From positions 19,284,001 to 19,348,000 of the forward strand of contig NC_058383.1 in NCBI RefSeq assembly GCF_018350175.1: 64,000 nucleotides of DNA, in the 5' to 3' direction. A model generated the notes under the pieces. That model did no database searches, had not been told where the DNA came from, and saw nothing but the letters and a program-made list of their open reading frames with translations. Below, piece after piece: positions 36,276-48,629 of the stretch. This DNA is from Felis catus. Its lineage: Eukaryota. A program made the translations under genes and the position numbers. How positions within the stretch are numbered: the first letter of the stretch is position 1; each line of letters starts with the position of its first letter.

Positions 36276-36616
36276 CTGGAAGAACACAGGAGGGTGAAGC
36301 CCCATTAGTGCCCTGTGTGCAAGCAGGGACCTTTACAGGCTGTCTCACCCAGGGGCTCTCGGCCAGGTGGGGTCGCCCTCGGGGGGGGGGGGCGGCATTC
36401 TAGAGATCAGTGGGGTGGCTCTTGGGGTCTCAATGCCTAGAGGCCCTGCTGGCCTTTGATGGGTGGGACCCGGATGTTAGTATCCTGCCCTGTGCAGGAC
36501 AGTCAGGGCCTCCTGTCACATGCCACATTCAGGTTGGTAAAAAATTGACGATGGTTACTCAAGTCTAGAATCTGGCTGTTTTACAAAAAGCAAAGTATTT
36601 TTCAATATACTTTGAA

Positions 36617-36853
36617 TTTTTTTTCTTAAGTTTATTTATTTTCAGAGAGACAGAGAGAGAGAGAGAGAGAGCACGCGCACAAGCAGGGGAGAGGCAGAGA
36701 GACAAGGAGAGAGAGAGAAGCCCAAGCAGGCTCTGCCCCGTCAGCACAGAGCCCAGAGCCCAACGCGGGGCTCGAACTCACAAACCACAAGATCATGACC
36801 TGAGCCGAAACCAAGAGTCGGATGCGTCACCAACTGAGCCACCCAGGCCTCCC
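36617..36853 (-). mobile_element. Can-SINE
   Basis: Typical reverse SINE body. Confidence 0.93.
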
Positions 36854-38022
36854 AATAAGACGCTTTGAATTTCCTAAGGCAACTGCCATGCAAATCGAGG
36901 GAAGACACTCTGTTGTGTGACAACCTTTGCTGGAAATCATCCGGCGTGTCAGACACTCACAGGACGGGCGGGGGTCACGCCACCGCCAGTCGCGCCTGAG
37001 TCAGCAGCCAGGGGGTCTGCTCTGAGCCTGTCACGTCACGTGACTTGGACAGCGTCTTCAAAGACTGCCTAACGGCAGGTGGAACGCTCGTGAAAGAACG
37101 CCGAGTGGGAAAAAGCCAGACCCGCGACTGTCAGATGCAGCAGATCCTAGCACGGGCGGTGCGCGCCAACGTGTTACCACGATCCTTTCTGGGACGGGAG
37201 TAGGAAGGGCTTTTAGCTTCTTTGTCACCTGATCTTCCGAGTTGCCTGGATGTGTTATTTTTGTAACCGGGAGAAGGTGCTATAGAAACTGCCAACAACA
37301 CAGGTATGTTACAAGCAAGGAATTTACTTCTGTGCGTGGCTAGGTTGGCTTCCAGATCGGAAGCCCGCGTCCCCAGCACACGGAGAACACAGTCGGGCCC
37401 TCAGAGGCGCGCTCCGAAGGCTGCACTCTCCTCCTCGCGGAACAGAGAGGGCCCAGCGTGCGCACCAAGCAGCGGCCCTGCCCTCGCGGCCACGCCACGG
37501 CTGACTGCCGTGTAAGGGTGTCATTCTGGAAAAACCGCAGCTGACACTGACGTTCTGTTTTTTCTCCTTTCATATCGGACGGGGCCCTGCACTCCATTTT
37601 CTGCCTGTCTCCTAGGGGGCCCGGCTCCATCGATTATCCCCTCTCTCCAGAACCCTCAATCGTCTCTTCCCCACTGGCACCTTGCCCTCTCTCCGCCTGC
37701 AGATGCGCGTAAATCTCTCCCACCTGAAAGAAAAAGGAAGCCAGACCCGATCTCATGACTTCCTCCAACCGCCCCCCCTATTTTCTCCTTCCCTTTGCTG
37801 CGGCCACCGTGTTCTTTCTCCCTCAAGCCCTGCAAGCCGGGGCCTCTTTGTGGAGTTGCTGTTGGGCTCACCCAAACCCCACTTGCCCTTCTCCTGGCTT
37901 TTCTTTGGGGATCACCCCGCCTTCAGACCATCCAGATGAGGCAAATCCCGACGGTGCCCTTCTAGGCTGGGAAGGGAACTATGGAGAGAGGGGGGCTCAC
38001 TTTGAAGTGGCTCTCTCTCCTC

Positions 38023-38233
38023 TGGGGCACCTGGGTGGCTCAGTCGGTTGAGCGTCCGACTTCGGCTCAGGTCACGATCTCGCGGTCCGTGAGATCGAGC
38101 CCCGCGTCGGGCTCTGTGCTGGCAGCTCGGAGCCTGGAGCCGGCTTCGGATTCCGTGTCTCCCTCTCTCTCTGCCCCTCCCCCGCCCATGCTCTGTCTCT
38201 CTGTCAAAAATAAAATAAACATTAAAAAAAAAA
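38023..38233 (+). mobile_element. Can-SINE (young, CpG-rich)
   Basis: Typical body; flanked by aagtggctc on both sides. Confidence 0.95.
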
Positions 38234-40994
38234 TTTAAAGTGGCTCCCGTCTGCTGCAGGATATCGGACGTGAGCGTGCAGTGCCGCCGGCCAGCTTGCT
38301 GTGCTGTGGGGGAGGGGGGGCTGCCTGACAACGAAGCCAACACCGGGGACGTGAGCCAGGAGATGGAGAGCCCCAATGACATCATCTGAGCCCCTGGATC
38401 CAGCCATGCCTGAAGCCAAACCCCTGGTGGCTTTCTGTCCCTTGCCTCCATAGGAGTCCTATAATTCCCAGGACCCTCCCCTGCGCTGACTTTCTGCACG
38501 TACCCGATGACTCCGTGCACTCGATCTCTTCTCAGTCCTCATGCCCCACATCCCAGACACAGCCCCTTCCACTTGGCGGTCCCTCCTCGCCCGCTCAGGA
38601 GCGTTGGCACTTCCGGGCTCTCCGCTGCTGTTTCTGCTGCTGTCAGCCTCCCCACGCCCTTGCCCTGCCCCAGGCCTCGGCCCCCTCCGGTCCTCCTCTC
38701 TGGCCTCGCCCAGCCAGCTCCTGGCTGCCAGGCAGGCACCGCTCGATTTTCTGCATCAAGTTCTGGCTTGTCTCCCCCGGCCACCACCGTCCAGTTCCAA
38801 AGACCCCTCGGAAGGCCGAGACATGTCCCTTCTGTCACTCCAAACTCCGTGTGCCTCAAAGGGAATTCGTCACCAAACCCTCCAACTGCCACTGTCTCTA
38901 CCTTGCTGGGAAGCATCTGACTCCTCGCCACGCCGCCACGCCTCATACCTTCCTCCCTGACGATCAGCTCCACCGTGCCGGCCTTTCTGTTCCATGGACA
39001 CCCCAAGTCTCTTCCTGCGTATCCTTGCAGTGTCCTCTCCCAGGAATGCTCTTCTCCCGGATCCCCACGTGCCTGCCCATCTTGTCCCCACCTCCTCCTT
39101 TGCCCCGTTCCCCGGGTGTGTCCCATAGACCCTGGCGCACATAAGTGCTCAGTTCATGTTTGCCAGCACAGGGACGGCTGGCTGGTGTCGCCGTCATGCA
39201 ACCCCTGGGTTCAGGCCCGGAGCCGAGGGACTCCCTCCCCCCCTCCGCCCCCGGCTTCCACCTGTCAGCTCTCCTGCACCTGTCCTCTCCCCTCCTCATC
39301 TGCCATCAAAAAAGACCCTAGGAGTTTCTTCCTTCTTTTCCTCCAGGCGCGAGGCTTAACATCTGGCAGAAGGAACTTCCCATATGGATCGTCATGACAT
39401 CAGTTTATTGTGATTTGGTTTCCACTGACTGAAATGAATGGCCTGGGGGTTGGTCTGCAAGTGCGCGGAGGAGAGAGAACGGACGTCATGTGTCAGGGCC
39501 TCGGCCTGGGTGGCCAAGAAAGGCAGGACTCTGCCCTCACTCTGCGTCTGCGTTCCCGACTTACTCTCCTCCAGATGTACGCTCTGGGTTTCGAACGCAG
39601 AGACGTGCGGGCCTTCACCTGGACCTCTCGGATGTGACAGCAGGCTGGCCCACGTTTCCCTCCGTCTGGAGAACACGCGGTCACTGCTCCCCGGGAGTTG
39701 GGGAGCTGCCGTGATCCGCGCTTTGTCGTTGTCAACCTCCCCGCCCACAGCCCCGAACGGACACCACAAAGCTGCTGCTGCTTTCACGTGCAGTCGACAC
39801 AGTCTTGGGGGGGGGGGGGTGGGTACCCGTATGAGATGGCGGATTTAAGGTTTAAAACTACCTCTTGGCGGAGGCACGTAAACGTGGAGCACGGAGTTCT
39901 AAACCCGAGCTTGGGAAAATCAACGGCACCCCCGTGGGGTATGGGCTGATTGTTACTAAAACGGGAAATGAAAACGAACGTAGACACCACAGAGCCATAC
40001 GTGTTCAAGGTGATCAGCCTCCAGCCACAGCCGATTGGGCCAAGAGTGGTCACCTGACCCAAGTCGACCAATCAGTGGCTCCCGTGAGACTTTGGGAGCC
40101 ACAGCCAGAAACCGTTGCTCCCCGGCGGGGGGGCCGTTGCCCACCCCCAGGAAAGAGCAGGGACAGCTGACCTCATGAGGAAGAGTGAGGGAAGGTGGCA
40201 GAGGCAGGGCCCGGCAGCCCCGGGGAGTCGCGGCCACGTCTCCTGGGCGCACGCCGGCTTTCGGGAGGGTCAATGCTCCCACCGGGCAGATGTGATTTCG
40301 TCCCCCCATAGCCAATGGACCCCTGATGCGGACCCTTCCAAGATGTGGATGCCATTGTAATGAGAGGCCCTGTCAGACAAAAGGATTTCCAAGCTCTGTC
40401 TTTCGGTGACACCATGACTCCAGTCCCAGGGAAGAACTCAGGCGGTCACCCATTCTACAAGCGTCGTTGGAGGGCTCTGCCTTGCGCCTTTCCTGAAGGG
40501 CACGGCTGTGGGATTTGGCTCTACGTAATGGGTAATTTAAAATTTCTAAGCAACTTTCCTTTTTAGCATGACTGGCTTAACAAGCATTAAATCTCAAGGG
40601 CCCGGTTCTTAATGTGTCATTGAGCCAAGCAGTGAAATGCCTGGAAAGAAATTAAAATGAGAGAAGCATCTTCTGAACGTGGACAAGTCAGAATAATACC
40701 CGTCACCTCGGAGCTCCCAGAGGTTGTGTGGGGTCTGTCTTACCAGGAAGGCTCCGCAGTGCCCGGCTCTCCCCGGCCGGGGGCGCTGCGGAGGTGGGGC
40801 ACCAAAGGGGTGGTAGTTTGAGGCACGGATGCTGGAGCAGGCTGGCCTGGGTTCAAATCCCGCTCCAACCCTCCCTGGCTGCGTGACCTGAGGAGCGTTA
40901 CCTAAACCTCACATTTTCTTTAGCTGTAAAATGGGGCTGGCGTGAGGAGGAAATGAGGATCATTTGAGTAACGTGCCTGGACGAGAGCCCAGCT

Positions 40995-40997
<3 letters not shown>

Positions 40998-41040
<43 letters not shown>
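40998..41040. repeat. (CA)n microsatellite
   Basis: Directly visible. Confidence 0.98.
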
Positions 41041-41044
<4 letters not shown>

Positions 41045-41384
41045 GGCATCCAGCCACGGCAGTTCCCCTCCCCCACTGCAGAGGACCCACCATGCGTCAG
41101 GCCCCCGGGGCCCCTGACACAGATGAGACACGGCCCCTACCCTCAAAGAGCACCCCCACGTCTGCTCTGCTCTCCTCCCTTTCACCCAGTCTCAGGGTTA
41201 ACTCCAGGTGGGGGTGGGGGGTGGGGGGAGGAGCTCTGGAAGAAGGGAGCCCTTCGCCCACATGGAAAGGCACCTTGAGTCTGAGGGACCTGCCTGGTGC
41301 CCCAGGTGACATCGGGGGTCTGAAAGAGGCCACCGATTCCCTGCATGTCTGAGTGTGGACATGGGCTGAACGCAGACCTTTGGG

Positions 41385-41550
41385 GTGTTGTTGTTGTTGT
41401 TGAAGTGTATTTGAGAGAGCGAGTGGAGGAGGGGCAGAGAGAGAGGAAGAGAGAGAATCCCAGAGACTCAATCCCACGAACCATGAGATGGTGACCTGAG
41501 CTGAAAGCAAGAGTCCAAAGCTGAACTGACAGAGCCACCCAGGGGCCCCG
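41385..41550 (-). mobile_element. Can-SINE (internally deleted)
   Basis: ggggcagagagagaggaag...ccatgagatggtgacctgagctgaaagc...gagccacccagggg. Confidence 0.85.
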
Positions 41551-42148
41551 GGGTCTGTCTTCTGGACAGTAATAACAGACATGCCGACCTGATTCGCTAG
41601 GAGATAGATTCCCTGGCTTTGCACACAGATACACCAGGAGGCAGAATCCCGGGGTCGGGGGTGGGGGGGTGACGGTGATGAAGAGCAACAGCTCACACCT
41701 TCCGGGTGCTTTTTTGTGCCCCACGCTGCACACGTATGACCTCATTTTATCCTCCCACGGGGATGGGTGTTACTGGTGCCATTTTACAGATGAGGACACT
41801 GAGGCTCAGAAAGTGGACATGCCAGGCTCTGTAAGTCCCAGCCCAGAGGTACCAGAGCTCAAAGTCGCAGTGGCTGGATTCAAATGGTTCGACTCGTAGC
41901 TGCTATGCTGCCCGCCTTCCCAGTAGCCAGATCTGAGTGCAAATAGTCAGAAACCCAGTCTTCGGCACCCTCCTTTCAGACTGCTCACGTATAATCTACT
42001 GCAAAGTTGACAAAACAGGTGAGTCCTCCCAGGAGATTTTTTTTTTTTTTTTGACCCACCTAGTGGTTTAAAAATAATATCCATCAGTTGCCAATGTTGA
42101 AAAATAATATTGTACGTCTCTGATTTCTCTTCACAAAAGGAGAAGGGA

Positions 42149-42292
42149 GGGGCGCCTGGGTGGCTCAGTGGGTTGAGCGTCCGACTTCCGCTCAGGTCAT
42201 GATCTCGCGGGTCCGTGAGTTTGAGCCCCGAGTCGGGCTCTGTGCGAACAGCTCGGAGCCTGGAGCCTGCTTCCGATTCTGTCTCTCAGTCT

Positions 42293-42341
<49 letters not shown>

Positions 42342-42350
42342 CACACCCCC
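42149..42350 (+). mobile_element. Can-SINE with expanded (CT)n, tail missing
   Basis: ggggcgcctgggtggctcag...; lies ~100 nt downstream of the 42448 donor. Confidence 0.93.
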
Positions 42351-42447
42351 TTGCTTTGCAGATGAGGAGGCCCTTATCTGGGGTCCATGGAGCAAAATGG
42401 TATCATGGGGACAATGGCACCCGGGTCAGACCACTTCTTGAGCTTAC

Positions 42448-43327
42448 CTCTGCTGGTTGGCTGGCCATCACTGTGACCGCTGCTGAGGGCGTCCTTCCTC
42501 GGGCCCCTCCTCCCACTAGCAGGGCGCTCTCTGTTGGAGGGCTGGTTAAAGATGTCAAAGTCGTCACAGACGTTGGGGGTCACCTTCTGGGCTCTCTCCC
42601 CAGCGATGACATTCCAGCTGCTTGCTCGCCCTTGCTCACGCCTGGGGCCTTTATCCCCGATCTCGGCCTCTCTAGGACCCTCACCCCTGGCGCCAATGAC
42701 GTCATCAGACGGAAGCCCGCCTTCCCGGTCCAGTGGCTTCTCGGGACTCAGCCACAGGGGTTTTGGCTTCCTGCCTCCCTGCTTCCTGCCCTTCCCCGCG
42801 GCAGAAGGTTGCAACCAGGCGGGAGTTTTTGCTGGTGGCTCGGAGACTTTTCTGCCCGTGAGGTGTTCCAGCTGTTGGATCAGAGAGGGCTCTGGGTCCA
42901 GGGCGGGGCATTCCGCAGCCGGGCGGAGGGGAGGAGGACGGGGCACGCCACCCATCGAGGCCGGCGTCGGGGCTGGGGCTGCTGATAAGCTCGTGTCTTC
43001 GTTTAACTTGGACGAATTGTCTTTCGTGCAATTGGGAGGATTCATCTTTTCGCCAAATAACTTTCCTTGGGAAGAAACCTTCACATCTACCGCTGCTCCA
43101 GCTGGCTGTGAGTGGGCCCCATCTGTGCCAGCCATCTTGCAGGCATCTCCGCCTTCTCCCGAGGGGGCACCCACGGTCCTCTCCATTCTTTCCTCCTTCT
43201 TGTTTTTCTGGCCAACCAGGACGCTCAGGTCAGCTGGGCCCTCCCCACCTCCTTTGTCCAACGTGCCATCAAAGATGAGCTTTTTATTGACATAAAGCTT
43301 CATGTGCTTGGCACCAATGTCAAGATC
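42448..43327 (-). CDS. KATNIP: KATNIP coding exon (~exon 15), 880 nt
   Basis: Acceptor ttttcag|GAT, donor AGAG|gtaagc. Encodes DLDIGAKHMKLYVNKKLIFDGTLDKG...RKPKPLWLSPEKPL...DDFDIFNQPSNRERPASGRRG; lies within ORF 42374..43339. Confidence 0.95.
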
Positions 43328-43809
43328 CTGAAAACACAAAATTTAACAAAATGAAGCTGTGTGGCACCAGGCTGACGTATCACATTTTGGAAGCGGAAGA
43401 TCAAAAAGAAAAATGTGGAATGCTGGAAACGCAAGCTTTAAAAAAACCATAGCACCGGGGATGTTAAATAAGGCTGGTGTCATTTCTGTGTGAACTGTTA
43501 CATACTTTATAAATCAAAGGACTTTCACAAAGAGACGGCCCCAATTGCTGCCTTCTCACCACTGCTCCCTGCTGGGACATTGGTAATAGCCTGCTAATTG
43601 GTCTCCCTGCTTCCTGTCTCTTGCTGCCTTCAACCTCAACTTCACATTGCCAGAGTTCGTTCTCTACAAGAGCAGGTCTGGCCCAGTCACTCCCCTTTCC
43701 AAAATTGTTCTTGTTTTTCACTGCCTGTTCTTTAATATATGGTTCCTGGGACCTCTGTGTCAGGAAAGCCTGATGTGCACAGGAAATGCAGAGCCCTGGT
43801 TCCACAGAT

Positions 43810-44230
43810 ATCATTTCAGGTGCCCTGAAAGCAGAGCCTGAGACAAGGGTTGAGTACAGGTTGCTTATGTGAAAGCTGTTCCCAAGAGGGAGTTGGGAGA
43901 GTAAGATAGGGCAGGAGAAAGCACCCCCCCAGTGTTTTTCTGAGCCGGTCCCGGCTGTTGTGCACACGGTGTTCCACTCTACTGGGGCCCTCAGAGGAAC
44001 CCACAGAACACAACTCAGAAGTATCCCTCCCAAGGCGGGAGGCTGGGGTGTCTGTCCACTGACCCCCTTCCCCGCTGTTGAAGGCTGCCCCTGGGGGCAC
44101 TGACTCCCCACCACACAAACTGAGGCCACTGGGGCTTTGGGATCAGACCCTGAGCAGAAAGGCCGAGAGATCTGGGAGCACTGGAGGCGGTGCCTTGTCA
44201 GCATGCTGGGGACAGTCCCACCTCAGCTGC
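43810..44230 (-). mobile_element. LTR16-like remnant
   Basis: caggtgccctgaaagcagagcctgagacaagggttgagtacaggttgcttatgtg is the reverse of an LTR16-type 3' end. Confidence 0.5.
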
Positions 44231-44547
44231 TATCGGAAGGCGGGGGGGGGGGGGCAAGGGGATGTGGTGTGGTGCTGTGCCGGTAACACGTTCTCCGGAC
44301 GATTCCTTGGAAGGTGGAGAAGCTCGGGCCGATGGGATGAATTCCGAACTCCTCGGTACAGTAACCTTCACGAAAGGATCCCTGGCTTAGCCTTCCCGTC
44401 TCCTCCCCACGACACTCATGCCCTGCCTCATGCAGGTATTTAATGTTCCTTTGTTCATGCTTAAAACATAATCACACCTCCTCCTGCTACCGCCCCGACT
44501 GTCCATTCCTCTTTACAGCAAAACTCTTTCTTTACAAACAGCTTTAC

Positions 44548-44742
44548 GGGGTGCCTCGCTGGCTGAGTCCGTGAAGCGTCTGACTCTGTTTCAGCTCAGC
44601 TCACGATCTCGCGGTTCATGAGTTTGAGCCCAGCACCAAGCCCTGCGCTGACAGCGCGAAGCCTGCGTGGGATTCTCCTCTCTGCCCCTCCTCTGCTCTC
44701 TCGCTCTCTCTCTCAAAATAAATTTTAAGAAGAAAATTTAAA
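44548..44742 (+). mobile_element. Can-SINE
   Basis: TSD aaacagcttta. Confidence 0.92.
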
Positions 44743-45130
44743 AACAGCTTTATGAGAGAATACATACTTCATACAGTAAACCATGCGTGTTTAAAGCATA
44801 CAGCTTGGTAAGCTTTAACACCTGTATACGCTGCGTATCAGCTCCGCAGTCAAGCTAAGGAACACATCCATCACCCCCAAATTTCCTTGTACCCCTTTGG
44901 AATCCTACCCTCCCCGCTCCCCCTCACCCCCAGGCAGCCACCCGTCAGCTTTCTGTCACTGCAGATTACTTTGCATTTTTCTAGAATTTTCGTATAAAAG
45001 GAGTCCTGCACTATTTGGGCTGACTTCTCTGACACAGCATAGCTGAGGTTCCCTGTGTTGTGTGAATTAGTAGTTTTATTCCTTTTAATTGCTGAGGAGT
45101 GGTCCGCTGCAGGGATGCCCCACAATTTGT
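44743..45130 (-). mobile_element. Old L1 (L1MB/MC-like) 3' end
   Basis: Reverse L1 3' UTR (aacacatccatcaccccc...ctttctgtcactgcagattactttgcattttctagaattt) and ORF2-end remnant (SSAIKRNK). Confidence 0.8.
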
Positions 45131-45584
45131 TCAGTTCTGAGGGTCACTGTCACGGCTGCGCCTCCCCGCCTTCCCTCTTGGCCTTTGCCTCCACCTCTAC
45201 GTGGTCCCCTGCTTGGCAAGGGCACCAATCGCTGGGGAGGGGTGAAGCCTCCTTGTTAGTCTGGGACAATTGGGATTTCCTCCTGTTGTCCCGGTGCCAT
45301 CACTCATAAAGTCCACTTTCCACCCTCTGAAGTGTCCCAGTTCGGACAGTAAATTGAAGGGTCCAGCAGGCTGCCGGATCCCCTGGGAGATGTGCGGTCC
45401 TCAGTTGGGGCGACGGCTTACTCCCCTTCGGTAGATTTCCTTACCAGGCTCCTGGGCCCTGCGCTCCCCTGGTCTCTCCCCTGCTTCCAGCTCTCACCGC
45501 TGCAGCCCCAGGCTCCTTGTTGATCCTCCTCTTCGGCTGCCCCAGGGCTCAATCCTAGGCCTCCGGATTCCTCTGCACCCTTTC

Positions 45585-46850
45585 ACTAGGTGGTCTCATC
45601 CAAGCCCATGGCCCTAAACACCATCATCACGTTGGTGACTCCCGATGATTTCATTTACATTATTTTTATTTTTTGACTCCTGATTATTTTAATCTCCAAC
45701 CCCGAACTCTCCAGCAAGCCAAGTGACCGCGTGACCTCTCTTCTGGGATATCCAACAGGGGTCCCAACCTTAACATGCCCCAAACAGGGTCCTTTCTTTT
45801 CTTTTGGAGAGCGAGTGCACAGGTAGGGGGTGGGGGGAGGAGCAGAGGGAGACAGACAGAGAATCTCACGAGGGTTCCACGCTCAGCATGGAGCCCGACG
45901 CAGGGCTCGATCCCACAACCCCGGGATCACGACCTCAGCTGAAGTCAGGAGTCGGATGCTCAACCAACGGAGCCAGCCAGGCGCCCCTGCCCCCCCCCCC
46001 AAAATTCTTGATTCCCTCTTCCCAAACCTGGTCTTCGCCCATCTTAAAAACGGTCAGGGAATGCCTGAACCTCGGAGTCCTGATTCCTCTTGTTCTCTTA
46101 TGTCACAAGTCCCCAGGGGCTCCCTCCAAAACCCCTCCTGAATCTCGGCCCTCTCGTCTCTGAATGTACCGCTGCCCCCCAGCCCATGTGGCCGCCATCC
46201 TCCCCGAGACAATGACCACAGCCTCCTACCTGGCCTCTGCTTCCTCCCTGCTGTGCCCGTGCCCCCCGCAACACAAACACACTTGGTTGTCTATACAGCA
46301 GCCAGTGGGTTTTTTTGTTTTGTTTTGTTTTGAAGTAACTTAACAGGTCATGGCAACCCCCTGCTTAAAACCCCCTAGCAATTTTCCACTACACGGAGAA
46401 TAAACTCCAGTGCCCTTCAGGGGCCGACGAGGCCTATGTGATCTGGCCCCTGCGGACCTCTGCCCCGGCTCCTATCACATTCTTCCTCCTCCCTCCACTC
46501 CCAACACACAGGGCTGATGGCTGCTCCGTCATCCCGCAGGGCTCACGGCCACCTCGGGACCTGTGGGCTGGGCTGGAGCAGTCTCGTCCAAGATACCTGC
46601 AAGGCGGGCTCTTCCTTGTCCCCAGAGAGATCTTCCTGCCCCTCTCTCGAGCCCTCACCCCATCCGGCCCCCCGTCTCTCCCGTCGCCCTGTTTGATTTC
46701 CTTCCTGTCTCTGAAACGGTCATGTTTATCAGCTCTTTCGCTTAGCTACGGTCTCCCCCGCTCAGACTCCAGCCCCAAGACGGCGGAGGCCCCGCCAATC
46801 CCATCCCAGGGCCCAGCAGGTACCTGGCGCGCGGCTGGCACTCAACACTG
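45585..46850 (+). mobile_element. L2 fragment interrupted by a Can-SINE at ~45795-45988 (-)
   Basis: ctcatccaagcccatggccctaaacaccatcatcacgttggtgactcc resembles the L2 YADD region; downstream ctgcttaaaacccc...ataaactcca is typical L2. Confidence 0.7.
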
Positions 46851-48573
46851 ACTTTGGAACTAAAAGTGCCCAAACGCAGGTACTTTTCTCCAGGATGGCA
46901 TTGTTCTCCGACGACGTTCTGAGAACAAATCTGATCGGACAAAAACGGCGGCCTGTCGTTTCACCGCTGGATCATTTTCCACCTCGCTTTGGCTTCTGAT
47001 CTGCTTTGGAGGTACGGGATCTGAGACCCCAGGGGTGTCCCTCTACGCTCATTCCCCGCCCTGTGCCTTCCGGAAGCGGGGCGAGTAAGCTCTAACTAAA
47101 TTTCTAGTTCACCAAGCTACTGCTGCAGGGGTTCCGCAGCAATTTAGAACGAGGGGCCCTCAAGCCCATGCCACACCACAGGAACCCGGCTTCAATCATC
47201 CAATTGCAGGATGGCAGGCTACTATTTGCCGACTGTCAGGAAAGTCGATTCTCAAACCACTCTTTTACATGTTTATATGGATGTGTTCTCTGTTTAGCGG
47301 AGGCACAGAGCAAGCGCGTGCTGGGAATTAATCAGGAAAGAGCCGTTCGAGGAGGACAGCACGGGCAGCTTCAATGACTAGTTCTGCACAATTACCGCCA
47401 CGGAAACATCTGGTGAGACAGAAACTCTCATGGCAAGAGGGGAGGGGGTGGTGGGGAGAGGGCTTTCGGTCCGGCACGGCCAGGAGGTGGGCACCGCGGC
47501 TCTTATAATGAGATGGCCGGCTCTCCGAGGGTGTTCGTGTACGTTCCGCGAACGGCCCGGAGCACCGCCTGACCTCTAGCCGTCCGCTGCCCCAGCTCTC
47601 CCCAAGGCGTCTGGCGGAGCGGGGACAGAAGGAGGGAAGCAGGTGCACCGTCAAATCCTCGCAGGGGCCAGGGAGGTGGGAGACAGATGCGCTGACGTAG
47701 GACCTCAGGGCGTGATGGGGGGCGTGGGCAGCTGGGAGGCTCAGGCCTTGCCTGATGGTGCTTAAATCTGAGACGTTTTCAGCACTCTGCGGCCAAAGAA
47801 GCAGCATCTGTGGGTGGATTTGGTCCAACGATCACCAGAGTGGGCTCCCTGGCGGGGAACCAAGCAGTGGTCACTTCTCCGGGGATTCCAAGGGTGAAGA
47901 AACTAAAAGGCTGCATCATCTCATGCAGCCCTTGGAGCAAATCCGCACAGTGGGCATTAGGACCCATCTTGCAGATGAAGACAGTGAGGCTCAGCCTTCC
48001 CTGAGGTCACGCCGCTCGTGCGCACGAGCGGTTAGCCACTCTGCCTGGCATCTCCCTTGGGGTCAAGCTAGATCCAGAGAAGGTCTGGCCACGGGCAGAA
48101 TCCCCTGCCCTGGCTGGAGCTCTGACTCCACGTCTAGCTTTTAGTAAGTCCTTGTGGACCCAGTCTCCCTCGTCCCCACCCTGGCTCCCTCCTCACCCCC
48201 GGGGGCAATCACTGTGGGCACTGGGTGGGGAGTGTGTGCACATGTGCCCTTCCAGATCTTTTCTCCGTATCTACGTACATACTGATGTCCCCGTCCCCGC
48301 AGCTCAGGGGCGGGGTTAGACACCATGTGAGATGCACGCGTGCAGTGTGGAAGATTCTGCGCGTCCCTATTGCAAGGGGTCCCCGCAGTAAAGCTCTGTA
48401 TGTGGTGTGTCTTTGGACGTGGATATGCGGAGAAGATTCCCCCGCTTCTAAAGAACCAGGCTGCTTCCTCCCTTTCCAATAAGCAGCCCTTTAGTCCTGA
48501 CTGTTTCCCGCTTTGGCCTGGCCTCCAAGAAGTCCAGGGTGAAATCTTGCCTACCGCCTTAATCTTTAAGAGT

Positions 48574-48580
48574 CACGCGC

Positions 48581-48626
<46 letters not shown>
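48574..48626. repeat. (CG)n-(TG)n alternating purine-pyrimidine microsatellite
   Basis: cacgcgcgcgcacgtgtgtg... directly visible. Confidence 0.97.

Positions 48627-48629
<3 letters not shown>

Noticed and set aside
42215..43295. 253-256 aa plus-strand ORFs
   Set aside because: Antisense shadows of the 880-nt KATNIP exon; one begins within a SINE.
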